A stretch of 64,000 nt of DNA from Halobacteriaceae archaeon (GCA_042216675.1 JBDGTS010000020.1:51557-115556), one strand, 5' to 3'; positions 35,754 through 45,591 are shown, numbered from the stretch's first letter. Translations and numbers: made by a program. The notes: generated by a model from the letters alone, not told the origin.

Positions 35754-38405
35754 ATGACGTCACGCAAGACGGACGGTCCCGACGGCGTTCCGGAGGCACC
35801 GCTCGACTGGCCGGCGGTGACGACGGCGACGAAACCGTGGACCCGGTGGTGGTGGCTCGGGGACGCCGTCGACGACGGCAATCTCGAACGGGAACTCTCC
35901 CGCCTCGACGAGGTAGGTATCGGCGGCGTCGAGGTGACGCCCATCTACGAGGTGGAGGGCGAGGAACACGTCTCGCTGGACTTCCTGAGCGAGGACTGGA
36001 TCGAACGCTTCGAGCACACCGTCGCCGAGGCCACGCGGCGCGGGATGGGCGTCGACGCCGTGCCCGGCACCGGGTGGCACTTCGGCGGCCCGAACGTCGA
36101 CTTCGAGGACTCGGCGATGAAGTTCGACGCCGAGACGACGCGCCTCGACGGCGACCCCTACGAGGCCGACTTCGACCCCGACCGACTCCAGACGGTGATG
36201 GCCTACAGCGAGGACGGCCGCTCGGTCGAACTGACCGAGGAGGTGGACGACGACGGGCAAATCGCGTGGCGCCCGGACGAGGGCGAGTGGTCCGTCGTCG
36301 CTATCGTCGGCGAGATGGGGCGGGACGTGAAACGGGCCGCGCCGGACCGTGAGGGGCCGATGGTGAGTCCGTTCTACCCGGCCGCGATGCGGCGCTACCT
36401 CGGCCGCTTCGACGCGGAGTTCGCCGAGTACGACGGCCCGCCGTTCCGGGGGACGTTCCACGACTCCTTCGAGTTTCAGGCCCACTGGTCGCCGCTCCTC
36501 CTCGACGCCTTCGAGGAGGACTGTGGCTACCGCCTGCAGGACCACCTGCCCGAACTGCTCGGGAACCACCCCGACGAGGAGCGAGTCGGGCGGGTGAAAG
36601 CCGACTACCGGCGCGTCCTCTCGGACCTCTATTCGGAGACGATTTCCGAGTGGCTCCGCTGGAACCACGAGGACGGCCGTCAGGCCCGGTTTCAGGCCCA
36701 CTGCGCGCCGGGCAACATCCTCGATTTGTACGCGCTGGCGGACATCCCCGAGACGGAGTTCATCGACGAGAAGCGCAACATCCTCGGGTCGAAGCTGTCC
36801 TCCTCGGCCGCGCACGTCACGGGGTCGCGGCGCGCCTCGGCGGAGACGGCGACGTGGCTCGACGAGCACTTCACCGTCTCGCTGGGGCAACTGAAGGAAC
36901 ACGTCGACGAACTGTTCCTCTCGGGCGTGAACCACGTCGTCTTCCACGGCACCGCGTACGCGCCCGACGACGCGCCGTGGCCGGGGTGGCTGTTCTACGC
37001 GGCGACGCAACTGAACCCACGGAACCCCATCTGGAAGGACCTGCCCGCGCTGACGGAGTACGTCACGCGGTGTCAGTCCGTCCTCCAGTCGGGCGACCCG
37101 GACGCCGACGTGCTCCTCTACTGGAACGTCGAGGACGTGTGGCACGCCGAGGACGGCTTCGCCGACAGGCTGAGCGTCTTACAGGAAGAGTGGTTCGAGT
37201 CCTACTCCTTCGGCCGCGTGGCGCGGTGGCTCTGGGAGCAAGGGTACAGCTTCGACTTCGTGTCCGACCGACAGTTGCAGGACGCGCGGGTCAAGGACGA
37301 GCGCATCGTCATGCCCGGCGGCGAGTACGAAACCGTCGTCGTCCCCGAGACGGCCCACGCACCGGTGGACACGGCAGCGGCGCTCCGAGACCTCGCGGAC
37401 GCGGGCGCGACGGTGGCCTTCGAGAGCGAGGTGCCCGACGACGTGCCCGGCCTCGGGAGCCTCGACGAGCGACGCGACCGCCTCGCGGCGGTTCGGGAGG
37501 ACATCGACCCCACCGACGGTGAGGCCGAGGTCGGCGACGGCCGAGTGCTCGTCGGCGACGTGCCGAACCTGCTTCCGCGCACGGACGCGCGCCGGGAAGC
37601 CCTCGTCGACGAGGGCCTGAAGTTCGTCCGTCGCACCTTCGACGGCGGCACGCACTACTTCCTCGTCAACACGGGTGAGAGCGCCGTCGAGGGCTGGGTG
37701 CCGCTGGCAGTCGACGCCGCCGACGTGGCGCGCTTCGACCCGATGTCCGGCGAGACGGCACCCGCCGCCGTCCGCGAGAGCGAGTCGGGCGTCGAGGTGT
37801 ACTGCCAACTCCACGCGGGCGACTCGGTGGTCCTGCGCGCGTTCGATGATGAGACGCTCGACGCCGAGCCACGGGGCTACTGGCACGAGAGCGACCCCAT
37901 CGAACTCGACGGCCCGTGGTCGGTGGAGTTCATCCGTGGCGGTCCGGAGCGTCCGCCGGGCGTCGAGATGGACGCCCTGCGCTCGTGGACCGAGGTGAGC
38001 GACATGCACGAGCGCTTCGCGGGCACCGCCCGCTACGAGACGACGTTCGACCGGCCCGAATCGGGCGAGGCGTGGTGGCTGGACCTCGGCGACGTGGCCG
38101 ACAGCGCGACGGTGTGGCTCAACGGCGAGGAACTCGGGACCGCGCTCCGCGCGCCGTTCCGGATTCCCGTCGACGAACTCGACGCCGAGGACAACACCCT
38201 CCACGTCGAGGTGACGAGTCGCGCTGCGAACCGCGTCCGCGACTTGGACCGCCGCGGCGTGGACTGGAAGCGCTTCGGCGACATCAACCTCGTCGGCCGG
38301 GACTACGAACCGTTCGACGCGTCCGACTGGGACGTGCGCCCGGCCGGACTGCTCGGCCCAGTGACACTCGTTCCCCGCGAGGCGTTCGCCCCCGGCGCGG
38401 ACTGA
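35754..38405 (+). CDS. Alpha-L-rhamnosidase (GH106) with a C-terminal sugar-binding domain
   Basis: KPWTRWWWLG, GIGGVEVTPIY, GTGWHFGGP, FHDSFE, QAH, DIPETE, SAETATWL, HGTAY and PAGLLGPV motifs. Confidence 0.88.
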   Translation: MTSRKTDGPDGVPEAPLDWPAVTTATKPWTRWWWLGDAVDDGNLERELSRLDEVGIGGVEVTPIYEVEGEEHVSLDFLSEDWIERFEHTVAEATRRGMGVDAVPGTGWHFGGPNVDFEDSAMKFDAETTRLDGDPYEADFDPDRLQTVMAYSEDGRSVELTEEVDDDGQIAWRPDEGEWSVVAIVGEMGRDVKRAAPDREGPMVSPFYPAAMRRYLGRFDAEFAEYDGPPFRGTFHDSFEFQAHWSPLLLDAFEEDCGYRLQDHLPELLGNHPDEERVGRVKADYRRVLSDLYSETISEWLRWNHEDGRQARFQAHCAPGNILDLYALADIPETEFIDEKRNILGSKLSSSAAHVTGSRRASAETATWLDEHFTVSLGQLKEHVDELFLSGVNHVVFHGTAYAPDDAPWPGWLFYAATQLNPRNPIWKDLPALTEYVTRCQSVLQSGDPDADVLLYWNVEDVWHAEDGFADRLSVLQEEWFESYSFGRVARWLWEQGYSFDFVSDRQLQDARVKDERIVMPGGEYETVVVPETAHAPVDTAAALRDLADAGATVAFESEVPDDVPGLGSLDERRDRLAAVREDIDPTDGEAEVGDGRVLVGDVPNLLPRTDARREALVDEGLKFVRRTFDGGTHYFLVNTGESAVEGWVPLAVDAADVARFDPMSGETAPAAVRESESGVEVYCQLHAGDSVVLRAFDDETLDAEPRGYWHESDPIELDGPWSVEFIRGGPERPPGVEMDALRSWTEVSDMHERFAGTARYETTFDRPESGEAWWLDLGDVADSATVWLNGEELGTALRAPFRIPVDELDAEDNTLHVEVTSRAANRVRDLDRRGVDWKRFGDINLVGRDYEPFDASDWDVRPAGLLGPVTLVPREAFAPGAD

Positions 38406-38520
38406 CCGGCCGAGAGGCGAACGTTTAACTGTCGAGACGTGACAATCCGCAGAATAGAACCGATGCAGACGCAGGGATGCACGGCGTTCGAGGGGGCCCG
38501 ACAGCGGTCCGGGGGCCCGA

Positions 38521-40392
38521 ATGTCGGATAACGGTACGTTTCTGGGCGCGGTGGACCGTGGGCTGTACGCGCTGTTCTCGCGTCACGCCGACGCCACGCG
38601 CCACGGCGCGGCCCGGCGCTGGTACCGCGGCACGTCGGTGACGACGAGTTTCGACGTGTACCTCGCGCGGGCCTACGGGCTCTCGTGGGTGGCGTTCGCT
38701 CTCGCCACCGGGTGGACGCTCCTGTTGCTGAGCGCCGGCGCGCCCGGCGTCCTCGGCGCCGCGACGGCCACGATTGCGCGCCTCGCGCCGCCGCTGTCGG
38801 GCGTGGTGTCGCCGCCACTCGTGGCCGCGGTGGCGACGGCGCTCGCGGGCCTCCTCGCGAAGCGGCTGACGCTCTGGCTCGGGGGCGCCTATCTCCGGTG
38901 GGCCGCGCGGGCGCGGCGGGCCGACATCGAGCGGACGCTCCCCGGCGCGGTGCGCTACCTCCACGCGCTGGCGGCGGGGAGCCGGGACGAGCGGGCGATG
39001 CTCGCCGAAGTCGCCGACCAGCGGGCGGCGTACGGCGAGACGGCGACGGCGTTCCGCGCGGTGCTGAACAAGGCGGCGCTCACGGGGAGTCTCGGCACCG
39101 GCCTCCGCGTCGTCGCTCGCGACACGCCCGCCGAGGACACGCTGGCGCCGTTCCTCCTGAAATACCGGGAGTACGCGGATCAGGGCGACGACGCACTGGC
39201 GGAGTATCTGCGACTGGAGGGGCGGATGCTCGGCCGGCGGCAGTCCCGCGAGCGCCGGCAGGCGGAGGGTTTTCTCGAACTGCTGGCGGAACTGTTCATC
39301 GTCCTCCTCGTCCTGCCGACGCTCCTCATCATCGTCCTCACGGTGCTGAGCGTCCTCGCGCCCGGCCTCGGGCGCCCGATTCCGACGCCGGTGGGCACCG
39401 TGACGGTGCGTGTGGCGCTCGTCTACGCCTGCGCCGGCTTCGTCCTCGCCGTCGGCGCCGTCGCGGCGTGGCTGGTGCAGGAACTCAGCCCGCCGAACGC
39501 CCGCGCGGCGACGCACCCTCGGAGCGACGGGTGGACGGCGATGGCCCGGAACGCGCTCCGAAACCCCGCCGACGCCGCCGTGTTCGCGGTCCCCCTCGCC
39601 GTCGGGGTGGCGCTCACGGCGTGGCGGACCGGCGCGACGGCGGTGGACGTGGCGCTGTTGGGCTACGTCGCCTACGGACTCCCCGTCGGCGGGGTGGCGC
39701 TCCGCCGAGCGCGCATCGACGACGAGAAGGACCGGGAAATCAAGGACTTCGTCCACGCCGTCTCCGGCCACGTGGCGCTTGGCCGGCCGTTCCCCGACGC
39801 CGTGGAACACGTCGCCCGCGACGTGGACCTCGGCGAACTCGGCGACGACGTGGCCGACCTCGCGTTCAACATCCGGGTGAGCGGCCGGAGTGACGACGTG
39901 CAGGGCGCCGCGATGTCGCAGTTCGTCGAGCGCGTGGGGACCCCGCTGGCCGAGCAGACGGTCGGCCTCGTCACCGGTGCCCTCGACGTGGGCGCGGACC
40001 CCGAGACCGTGTTCGACACGCTACAGGCCGAAATCGGGCGCCTCTACCACGAGAAGCGGGCGCTCCGGGCGAATCTGGCCGTCTACGTCGCCGTCGGCTG
40101 GACGACGGCCATCCTCGTCGTCGGGGTGACCATCGCCATCAATCGCTACGTGCTGGACAGTTTCGATCAGTTGGCCACCGTCTCGGGCGCGATGGGCGGG
40201 TTCGTCCTCGACCCGGCGGCGGTGGACCCGGCGCGGGACCGCTTTCGCTTCTACGTCGTGACGCAGGCGACGATGCTCGCCTGCGGGTGGTTCGCCGGTT
40301 TCGCCAACCGGGGGCGCTACGACGCACTGCTCCACTCCGCGTCGCTGGTCCTCGTCGCGCACGTCGTCTTCAGGCTCTCGGGGGCGGTCTGA
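38521..40392 (+). CDS. Type IV pilus platform protein (PilC/TadC, T2SS F family, duplicated domain)
   Basis: DIERTLPGAVRY, YGETA, AEGFLELLAE, FVERVGTPL and ACGWFAG motifs, with multiple TM segments. Confidence 0.88.
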   Translation: MSDNGTFLGAVDRGLYALFSRHADATRHGAARRWYRGTSVTTSFDVYLARAYGLSWVAFALATGWTLLLLSAGAPGVLGAATATIARLAPPLSGVVSPPLVAAVATALAGLLAKRLTLWLGGAYLRWAARARRADIERTLPGAVRYLHALAAGSRDERAMLAEVADQRAAYGETATAFRAVLNKAALTGSLGTGLRVVARDTPAEDTLAPFLLKYREYADQGDDALAEYLRLEGRMLGRRQSRERRQAEGFLELLAELFIVLLVLPTLLIIVLTVLSVLAPGLGRPIPTPVGTVTVRVALVYACAGFVLAVGAVAAWLVQELSPPNARAATHPRSDGWTAMARNALRNPADAAVFAVPLAVGVALTAWRTGATAVDVALLGYVAYGLPVGGVALRRARIDDEKDREIKDFVHAVSGHVALGRPFPDAVEHVARDVDLGELGDDVADLAFNIRVSGRSDDVQGAAMSQFVERVGTPLAEQTVGLVTGALDVGADPETVFDTLQAEIGRLYHEKRALRANLAVYVAVGWTTAILVVGVTIAINRYVLDSFDQLATVSGAMGGFVLDPAAVDPARDRFRFYVVTQATMLACGWFAGFANRGRYDALLHSASLVLVAHVVFRLSGAV

Positions 40393-41100
40393 GTGGCTCG
40401 CACCCGCGCCCAGTCGAACGTCGTCGGCGTCGCCCTGTTGGTGGGCGTGACGGCGGTCAGTCTCGGCCTCGTCGCCGCCAGCGCCGGCACCGTCCTCGAC
40501 GCGCAGACGGCGCGCGCCGACACCGCCCGCGTCGCCGACGGCCTCGACGACGCCGTGCGCCCGGCCGAGACGACCGGGGTCCGAGAGCGCCGCCTCGCGA
40601 TTCGAGACGGGTCCTTCGAGACGGTGCCCCGCGAACTCCGGATTCTCCGCGGGGAGACTGTGGTCGCGGAGCGCTCGATTGGCGCCCTGCGCTTCGAGAA
40701 CGCCGAGGGAAGCGCCACGTTCGTCGCTGGCGCGATATTCCAGCGAAGCGGGGGGACCGCACTCCGCAGACCGCCCGGCGTCCGCCTGACGGACGGTCTG
40801 CTGGTGGTGAACGCGCCCACGCTCCGGGGCGACGCCGCCTACGCCGTCAGCGGCACGGCGACGGTGACAGTCCAGACGCGAGTGTCACACGACCGGACGA
40901 CCCTCGGTCCCGGCAACTACAGCGTGGCTATCGAGACGGCGTCGCCGGCCCCGTTCGCTCGCCACTTCGAAGACCGAGGTCTGTCGGTCGAGCGCCGCGA
41001 CTTCGACGGTGACGGCGTCGAGAGTGTCGTCGTGGCGTTCCCGGTGGCCGACCGCCTCCTGCTGTTCACGCACCGCACCGAGGTGGCGATTCGTGGCTGA
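40393..41100 (+). CDS. Pilin-like protein with a class III signal peptide
   Basis: RA/QSNVVGVALL cleavage motif followed by a hydrophobic stretch. Confidence 0.82.
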   Translation: MARTRAQSNVVGVALLVGVTAVSLGLVAASAGTVLDAQTARADTARVADGLDDAVRPAETTGVRERRLAIRDGSFETVPRELRILRGETVVAERSIGALRFENAEGSATFVAGAIFQRSGGTALRRPPGVRLTDGLLVVNAPTLRGDAAYAVSGTATVTVQTRVSHDRTTLGPGNYSVAIETASPAPFARHFEDRGLSVERRDFDGDGVESVVVAFPVADRLLLFTHRTEVAIRG

Positions 41101-41536
41101 CCGCGCGGTGTCCCCCGTCGTCGGGAAGGTGCTCGAAATCGGCCTCGTCCTCCTGTTCGCGACGGCGGTGACGGCGGCGGTTTCGGGCAGCGTGGTCCCA
41201 CACGCACGGACGGCCGCCGGCGACGAACTGGCCGACCGGACGCTCGCGACGGCCGCGACGGGCGTCGAGGACGCCGTGCCCGAAGCGGGCCGGAACGTGA
41301 GCGCGACGGCGCACCTCGACCTTCCGGACCGAATCCGCGGCGAGTCGTACACGCTCCGAACCGAGGGGCGGACGCTCGTCCTCGACCACCCCCACGCGGG
41401 CGTCGGGGCCACGCACCGTCTCGCGCTTCCGACCCGCGTCGCGGCGGTGCGCGGCACCGTCGAGAGCGACGAGTCAGTCGTCGTGCGCGTCACGTCGACG
41501 CCGGCGGGCCTCGTCGTGGAGGTGACGGCGGCGTGA
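41093..41536 (+). CDS. Pilin-like protein with a class III signal peptide
   Basis: GTG 41093, DRA/VSPVVGKVLEIG. Overlaps the upstream stop codon. Confidence 0.82.
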   Translation: MADRAVSPVVGKVLEIGLVLLFATAVTAAVSGSVVPHARTAAGDELADRTLATAATGVEDAVPEAGRNVSATAHLDLPDRIRGESYTLRTEGRTLVLDHPHAGVGATHRLALPTRVAAVRGTVESDESVVVRVTSTPAGLVVEVTAA

Positions 41537-42189
41537 CCCGCGGACAGGCCAACCTCGTCGCCCTCGCGGTGGCGATGCTCCTCCTCACCGCCGCAATCGG
41601 TGTGACGCTGGCCGTCGCGACGGGCGCCTTCGCCACGGCCGACGCGAACGCCCGGGACCGTGCCGCCGCGGCGGGCGTCGCGGAGCGGCTCGTCGCCGCC
41701 GACGGTTCGCTGACGGTGCGCGAGAACGTCCTGAACGGGAGCGAGGTGGCGACCCTCGACGCCGAGGCGCTCCGGGCGGCGGTCCCGGCGACCCGTGACC
41801 GGGCCGTCCGGGTGCGCCTCGACGGCGAGACGCTGGTCGAGACGGGCGACCCGACCGGTCCGACCGTCAGGCGACTCGTGCTAGTCGAACGGCGACGGAC
41901 CATCACGCGGACGGTGGCCGCCGACATGAACGGCACGTTCCGGGTCGCCCCGACGGGGGTTGTGACGGTGACCGTCGAGCGGTCGGCGGGCGTCGAGACC
42001 ATCACCGCGAACGGCCGCGTCGTCGCCCACGACCCGGTGGCGCTGAACGGCACCATCGAACTCGACGTGCGCCGGGACCGGCCGACCGCCCTCGCGTTCA
42101 ACGGGTCGAATCCGACCGGGACGGTCCGGGTGCGAACGCACCCGTGGGAGACCGAGCAGGCGGTACTGGAGGTGACCGTCGATGCGTAG
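41533..42189 (+). CDS. Pilin-like protein with a class III signal peptide
   Basis: RG/QANLVALAVA, GTGA overlap. Confidence 0.82.
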   Translation: MTRGQANLVALAVAMLLLTAAIGVTLAVATGAFATADANARDRAAAAGVAERLVAADGSLTVRENVLNGSEVATLDAEALRAAVPATRDRAVRVRLDGETLVETGDPTGPTVRRLVLVERRRTITRTVAADMNGTFRVAPTGVVTVTVERSAGVETITANGRVVAHDPVALNGTIELDVRRDRPTALAFNGSNPTGTVRVRTHPWETEQAVLEVTVDA

Positions 42190-42580
42190 AGGGCAACTGT
42201 CGCTCTCCGTCATGGAGGCCGGCATCGGCGTCCTCCTGCTGACGGCCGTCGCGGCGGGGTTCTTCCTCGTCGGCGACGGCGCGGACGGCCGGGCAGCGGC
42301 GCAACTCGACACGTACGCCCACGACACCGCCGTGGTGCTGACGGCGGCGGGCGACGGCGGCCCGCAGGTGGACCGTGCGCTCCGGTCGGCGGCGGCGTGG
42401 GAGACGAACCGGACGGCGATTCGGAACCGTGCGGCGGCGCTCTTGCCTGCGAACGTGCTGTTCCGCGTCGAGACGCCCCACGGCGCCGTCGGCTATCCGG
42501 CACCCGAAAATCGGCCAGTCGGCGTCGAGCGCGTGCCGACGGCGGCGGGGACGGTGACCGTCCGGGTGTGGTATCCGTGA
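42182..42580 (+). CDS. Pilin-like protein with a class III signal peptide
   Basis: RRG/QLSLSVMEAGIG. Confidence 0.82.
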   Translation: MRRGQLSLSVMEAGIGVLLLTAVAAGFFLVGDGADGRAAAQLDTYAHDTAVVLTAAGDGGPQVDRALRSAAAWETNRTAIRNRAAALLPANVLFRVETPHGAVGYPAPENRPVGVERVPTAAGTVTVRVWYP

Positions 42581-43083
42581 CCGAACGCGGCCAACTCGTC
42601 GTCCTCGCGGCGGCGCTGGTGGCGGTGGCGCTGTTGCCGATGGTGGCGGCCTACCTCCAGTTGGGCTACCAGCCGACCACCGCGGCCGACAGGGGGGTCG
42701 GTGACCCGGCGGCGACGACCGAGCGAGCGCTGTCGGACGCTCTCGCGCGCCCGGCGACGAACGTGTCCGACAGGAACTGGTCGGCGCGGGGCGCCGCCTC
42801 GCTGACGGTGCGGCGTGCGCTCGGCCCGACGTTCAGGGCGATTCGGAACGCCGGCCCGCCCGACGCCGCCACACGCGTCGCGTTCAACGACACCGCGGCC
42901 CGGCGCGTCGCCGAGACTGCCTGCCCAGCGGGACCGAACCGCCAATTCGGGCCGTGTCGGGGTATCGGGGGCGTCGTCGTACAGGCTCGGGAGAACCGCA
43001 CGCACCTCGTCGCGGTGGCGGTGGACGTGACGCGGGCGAGCGCCGACGGTCGGACGGCGGCGACGCTCGTCGTCTTCCGATGA
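42577..43083 (+). CDS. Pilin-like protein with a class III signal peptide
   Basis: GTG 42577, ERG/QLVVLAAALVA and a Cys pair CPAGPNRQFGPC. Confidence 0.82.
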   Translation: MTERGQLVVLAAALVAVALLPMVAAYLQLGYQPTTAADRGVGDPAATTERALSDALARPATNVSDRNWSARGAASLTVRRALGPTFRAIRNAGPPDAATRVAFNDTAARRVAETACPAGPNRQFGPCRGIGGVVVQARENRTHLVAVAVDVTRASADGRTAATLVVFR

Positions 43084-43084
43084 G

Positions 43085-44251
43085 TCAGGCTCGGACGGCC
43101 CGGCGGGCACGGCGCCCGGCGAGGAGAACGACGAGGGCGAGCGCCATCGCCACCTCGACGAGCATCGCCGTCCCGATGGAGAAGCGCTCCGCGAGGACGC
43201 CGACCGTCGCGGGCGCGACGAGGAAGCCCACCTGCCCCGCGACCATCGCGAGTGCGTTCACGGGACCGGTGAACTCGGGGACGGCCGTCACGCCCCACGT
43301 CAACAGGAGCGGAAAACAGGCGGAGACGAAGAACCCGGCGGCGAAGACGCCCGCCAGAAACGGGAGCGTCGGCATCGGGCCGACGCCGAACAGGACCGCC
43401 AGCAAGAGGGCGAGGGCCGCGGCGGCCCCGAGGACCACGTCCGGCGGGTCGTAGCGGTCGGCGACGCGGCTGAACGCGAACCGGCCGGGGACGTACGCCG
43501 CGAGGAACGCCGAGAGCGAAACGTTCGCGGCCGTTCGCGGGAGGAAGTCGGCGGCGTAGTACGGGAGCCACGCGAAAAACGTGCTCTCGATGCCCCCGAC
43601 CAGAATCACCGTCAGCGACATCCCCACGACGGCGGGCCGGTCGAACAGCGGCCGGAAGTCCGCGAGCGTGAACGCGCTCTCGGTCCCGGCGCCCGTGGGG
43701 AACTCGGCGTGCCACGCGACGACGGCCACGGCGAGGAAGACGGTGCCCAGCGCGTAGTACGTCAGCCGCCACGACCCGAGTGCCAGCGCCGCGGTAGCGA
43801 GGACGGGACCGAGCGTCGCGCCGACGGCCCACGCCATCGCCTCCAGCGTGAACACGCGACCCCGGGACTCCGGATAGAGGCGGCTGAGAATCGGCCGGTC
43901 GAGGCCGCGAACGAGGCCGACGGCGGCGCTTCTGAGGCCGACGAACGCGAGAAGCGAGACGAACGAGGAGGCGGTACCGAGGAGGAACAGCGTCGCGCCC
44001 GAGAGCGCCAGCCCGGTGGCGACAGTCGCGCGCATCGGCAGGCGCCCCGCGAGGACGCCCACTACGACGACGGGACCGACGAAGCCCAGCGTCGCGACGG
44101 GCGTCAGCAGGCCGAGTTGGACCTCCGAGACGCGGAACGCGACTTCGAACGTGGGGACGAGCGCACCCCGGGCCTGAAGCGCGGCGCCGCCGCTGGCGAC
44201 AGCGACGAACAGCACCGCGGTCCAGACGCGGCGGCGGTCGGCCTCGGTCAC
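43085..44251 (-). CDS. MFS transporter
   Basis: About 12 TM segments, GVLAGRL motif A-like, and SRLYPESRGR. Confidence 0.85.
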   Translation of the reverse strand: MTEADRRRVWTAVLFVAVASGGAALQARGALVPTFEVAFRVSEVQLGLLTPVATLGFVGPVVVVGVLAGRLPMRATVATGLALSGATLFLLGTASSFVSLLAFVGLRSAAVGLVRGLDRPILSRLYPESRGRVFTLEAMAWAVGATLGPVLATAALALGSWRLTYYALGTVFLAVAVVAWHAEFPTGAGTESAFTLADFRPLFDRPAVVGMSLTVILVGGIESTFFAWLPYYAADFLPRTAANVSLSAFLAAYVPGRFAFSRVADRYDPPDVVLGAAAALALLLAVLFGVGPMPTLPFLAGVFAAGFFVSACFPLLLTWGVTAVPEFTGPVNALAMVAGQVGFLVAPATVGVLAERFSIGTAMLVEVAMALALVVLLAGRRARRAVRA

Positions 44252-44290
44252 GGCCAGACTGTGACCGGGGGCGTCGAAAAGGCTACGGGC

Positions 44291-44821
44291 TCACTCGGGA
44301 CCGACGGCCTCCCCGAACCCCCACTCGTCGGCCCGGTCGGCCGCCTCCTCGCGGGCCCGCTCCCGGATGGCCTCGATTTTCTCCTCGTTCTCCAGAAACG
44401 CGCCGACGGCGTCGGGAGAGGCCGCGCCCGCATCGCCGGCGTCGTCGGGGGCGGCCCGGCGCGTTCGCTCGGCGAGTGCGGCGTCGGCGGCGAGGATGTC
44501 CGCGGGCACTCCCGTATCGACGGCCGCGTCGGCGTCGGGGTCCGGGCCGGGCGGATGCTCGTGGAGGGTGACGCGATACGGACCCGATACGGCGGTGTCG
44601 GCCACGGCGTCCGGCCCGCGACGCCCCGTACCGGTGTGGGCGGCGGCGACGGGGGCGCCGTCGCGCAGGGCGAGAACGCCCGCACCGTCGCCGTCGAGGA
44701 GGAGCGTGTCCTGCGGTTCGAGGACGGCGTAGCCGGTGAGCGACCGGTCGAGTGCGGCCGCCAGCGCCGCGCCCGCGTCGGCGACAACCCGGTCGTAGAT
44801 GACCGCGCCGGCGGGCCTCAT
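44291..44821 (-). CDS. Haloarchaeal hypothetical protein co-transcribed with minD
   Basis: LTGYAVLEPQDTLLL and AFLENEEKIEAIRERAREEA. ATGA overlap with the minD stop codon. Confidence 0.75.
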   Translation of the reverse strand: MRPAGAVIYDRVVADAGAALAAALDRSLTGYAVLEPQDTLLLDGDGAGVLALRDGAPVAAAHTGTGRRGPDAVADTAVSGPYRVTLHEHPPGPDPDADAAVDTGVPADILAADAALAERTRRAAPDDAGDAGAASPDAVGAFLENEEKIEAIRERAREEAADRADEWGFGEAVGPE

Positions 44822-45591
44822 GGCTCCTCGGGGACGACGGCCTGTCGGAACCGCTCGGCGACGGCCCCCGAGTCGCCGGAGCGCACGTCGATGGCCGCCG
44901 CGGCCGCCCGGAACGCGGCGGCGGCCTCGCTGTCGGGCGCGTGTTCAAGCAAGGGCCGCCCCGCCCGGCGCGCCGCGGGCGCCGCGTCGTCTTCGGGGAC
45001 GGCGCCGAGCGTCGGCCCCTCGAAGTAGTCGGCGCCCGTCGCCTCGACTTCTTCGACGGCGGCGGGGTCGCGGACCCGATTGAACAGGACGCCGGCGACC
45101 CCCGTGTCGTAGGACACGGCGTACTCCTGCACCTTGAGGCCGTCGCTGAGGGCCGGGACCGTCGGCTGGAGGACGAGGACGACCCGGTCTGCCAACACGA
45201 TGGGGAGGACGGCGCTCTTCGACCCGAGGGTCGCGGGGGAGTCGAGGAGTAAGACGTCGGTGTCGGCCGCGAGGTGCGCGACCACGTCCCGGAGGCGCCC
45301 GGGATCAGCGGCCGCGAAGTCGGCGAGGTCGGTGCCACACGGCACGACCCGCATCCCGAAGCGCTCGTAGGTGGCGTCGGCAACCGTCGCGTCGGTGTCC
45401 TCGACGAGCAAGTCGTGGAGCGTCGTCTCCGCGTCGTCGAGGCCCGCGTGGAACAGGAGGTTCGCCATCCCGGTGTCGGCGTCGATGACGGTGACGTCGT
45501 ACTCCTCAGCCAGCGCCATCCCGAGCGCAAGGGTCGCCGTCGTCTTTCCGGTTCCCCCTTTGCCGCTTGCGACGGCGAGCGCCTCGACCAT
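44818..45591 (-). CDS. minD: MinD/ParA family ATPase
   Basis: Deviant Walker A SGKGGTGKTT, IDADTGMANL and LLDSPA. Confidence 0.88.
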   Translation of the reverse strand: MVEALAVASGKGGTGKTTATLALGMALAEEYDVTVIDADTGMANLLFHAGLDDAETTLHDLLVEDTDATVADATYERFGMRVVPCGTDLADFAAADPGRLRDVVAHLAADTDVLLLDSPATLGSKSAVLPIVLADRVVLVLQPTVPALSDGLKVQEYAVSYDTGVAGVLFNRVRDPAAVEEVEATGADYFEGPTLGAVPEDDAAPAARRAGRPLLEHAPDSEAAAAFRAAAAAIDVRSGDSGAVAERFRQAVVPEEP

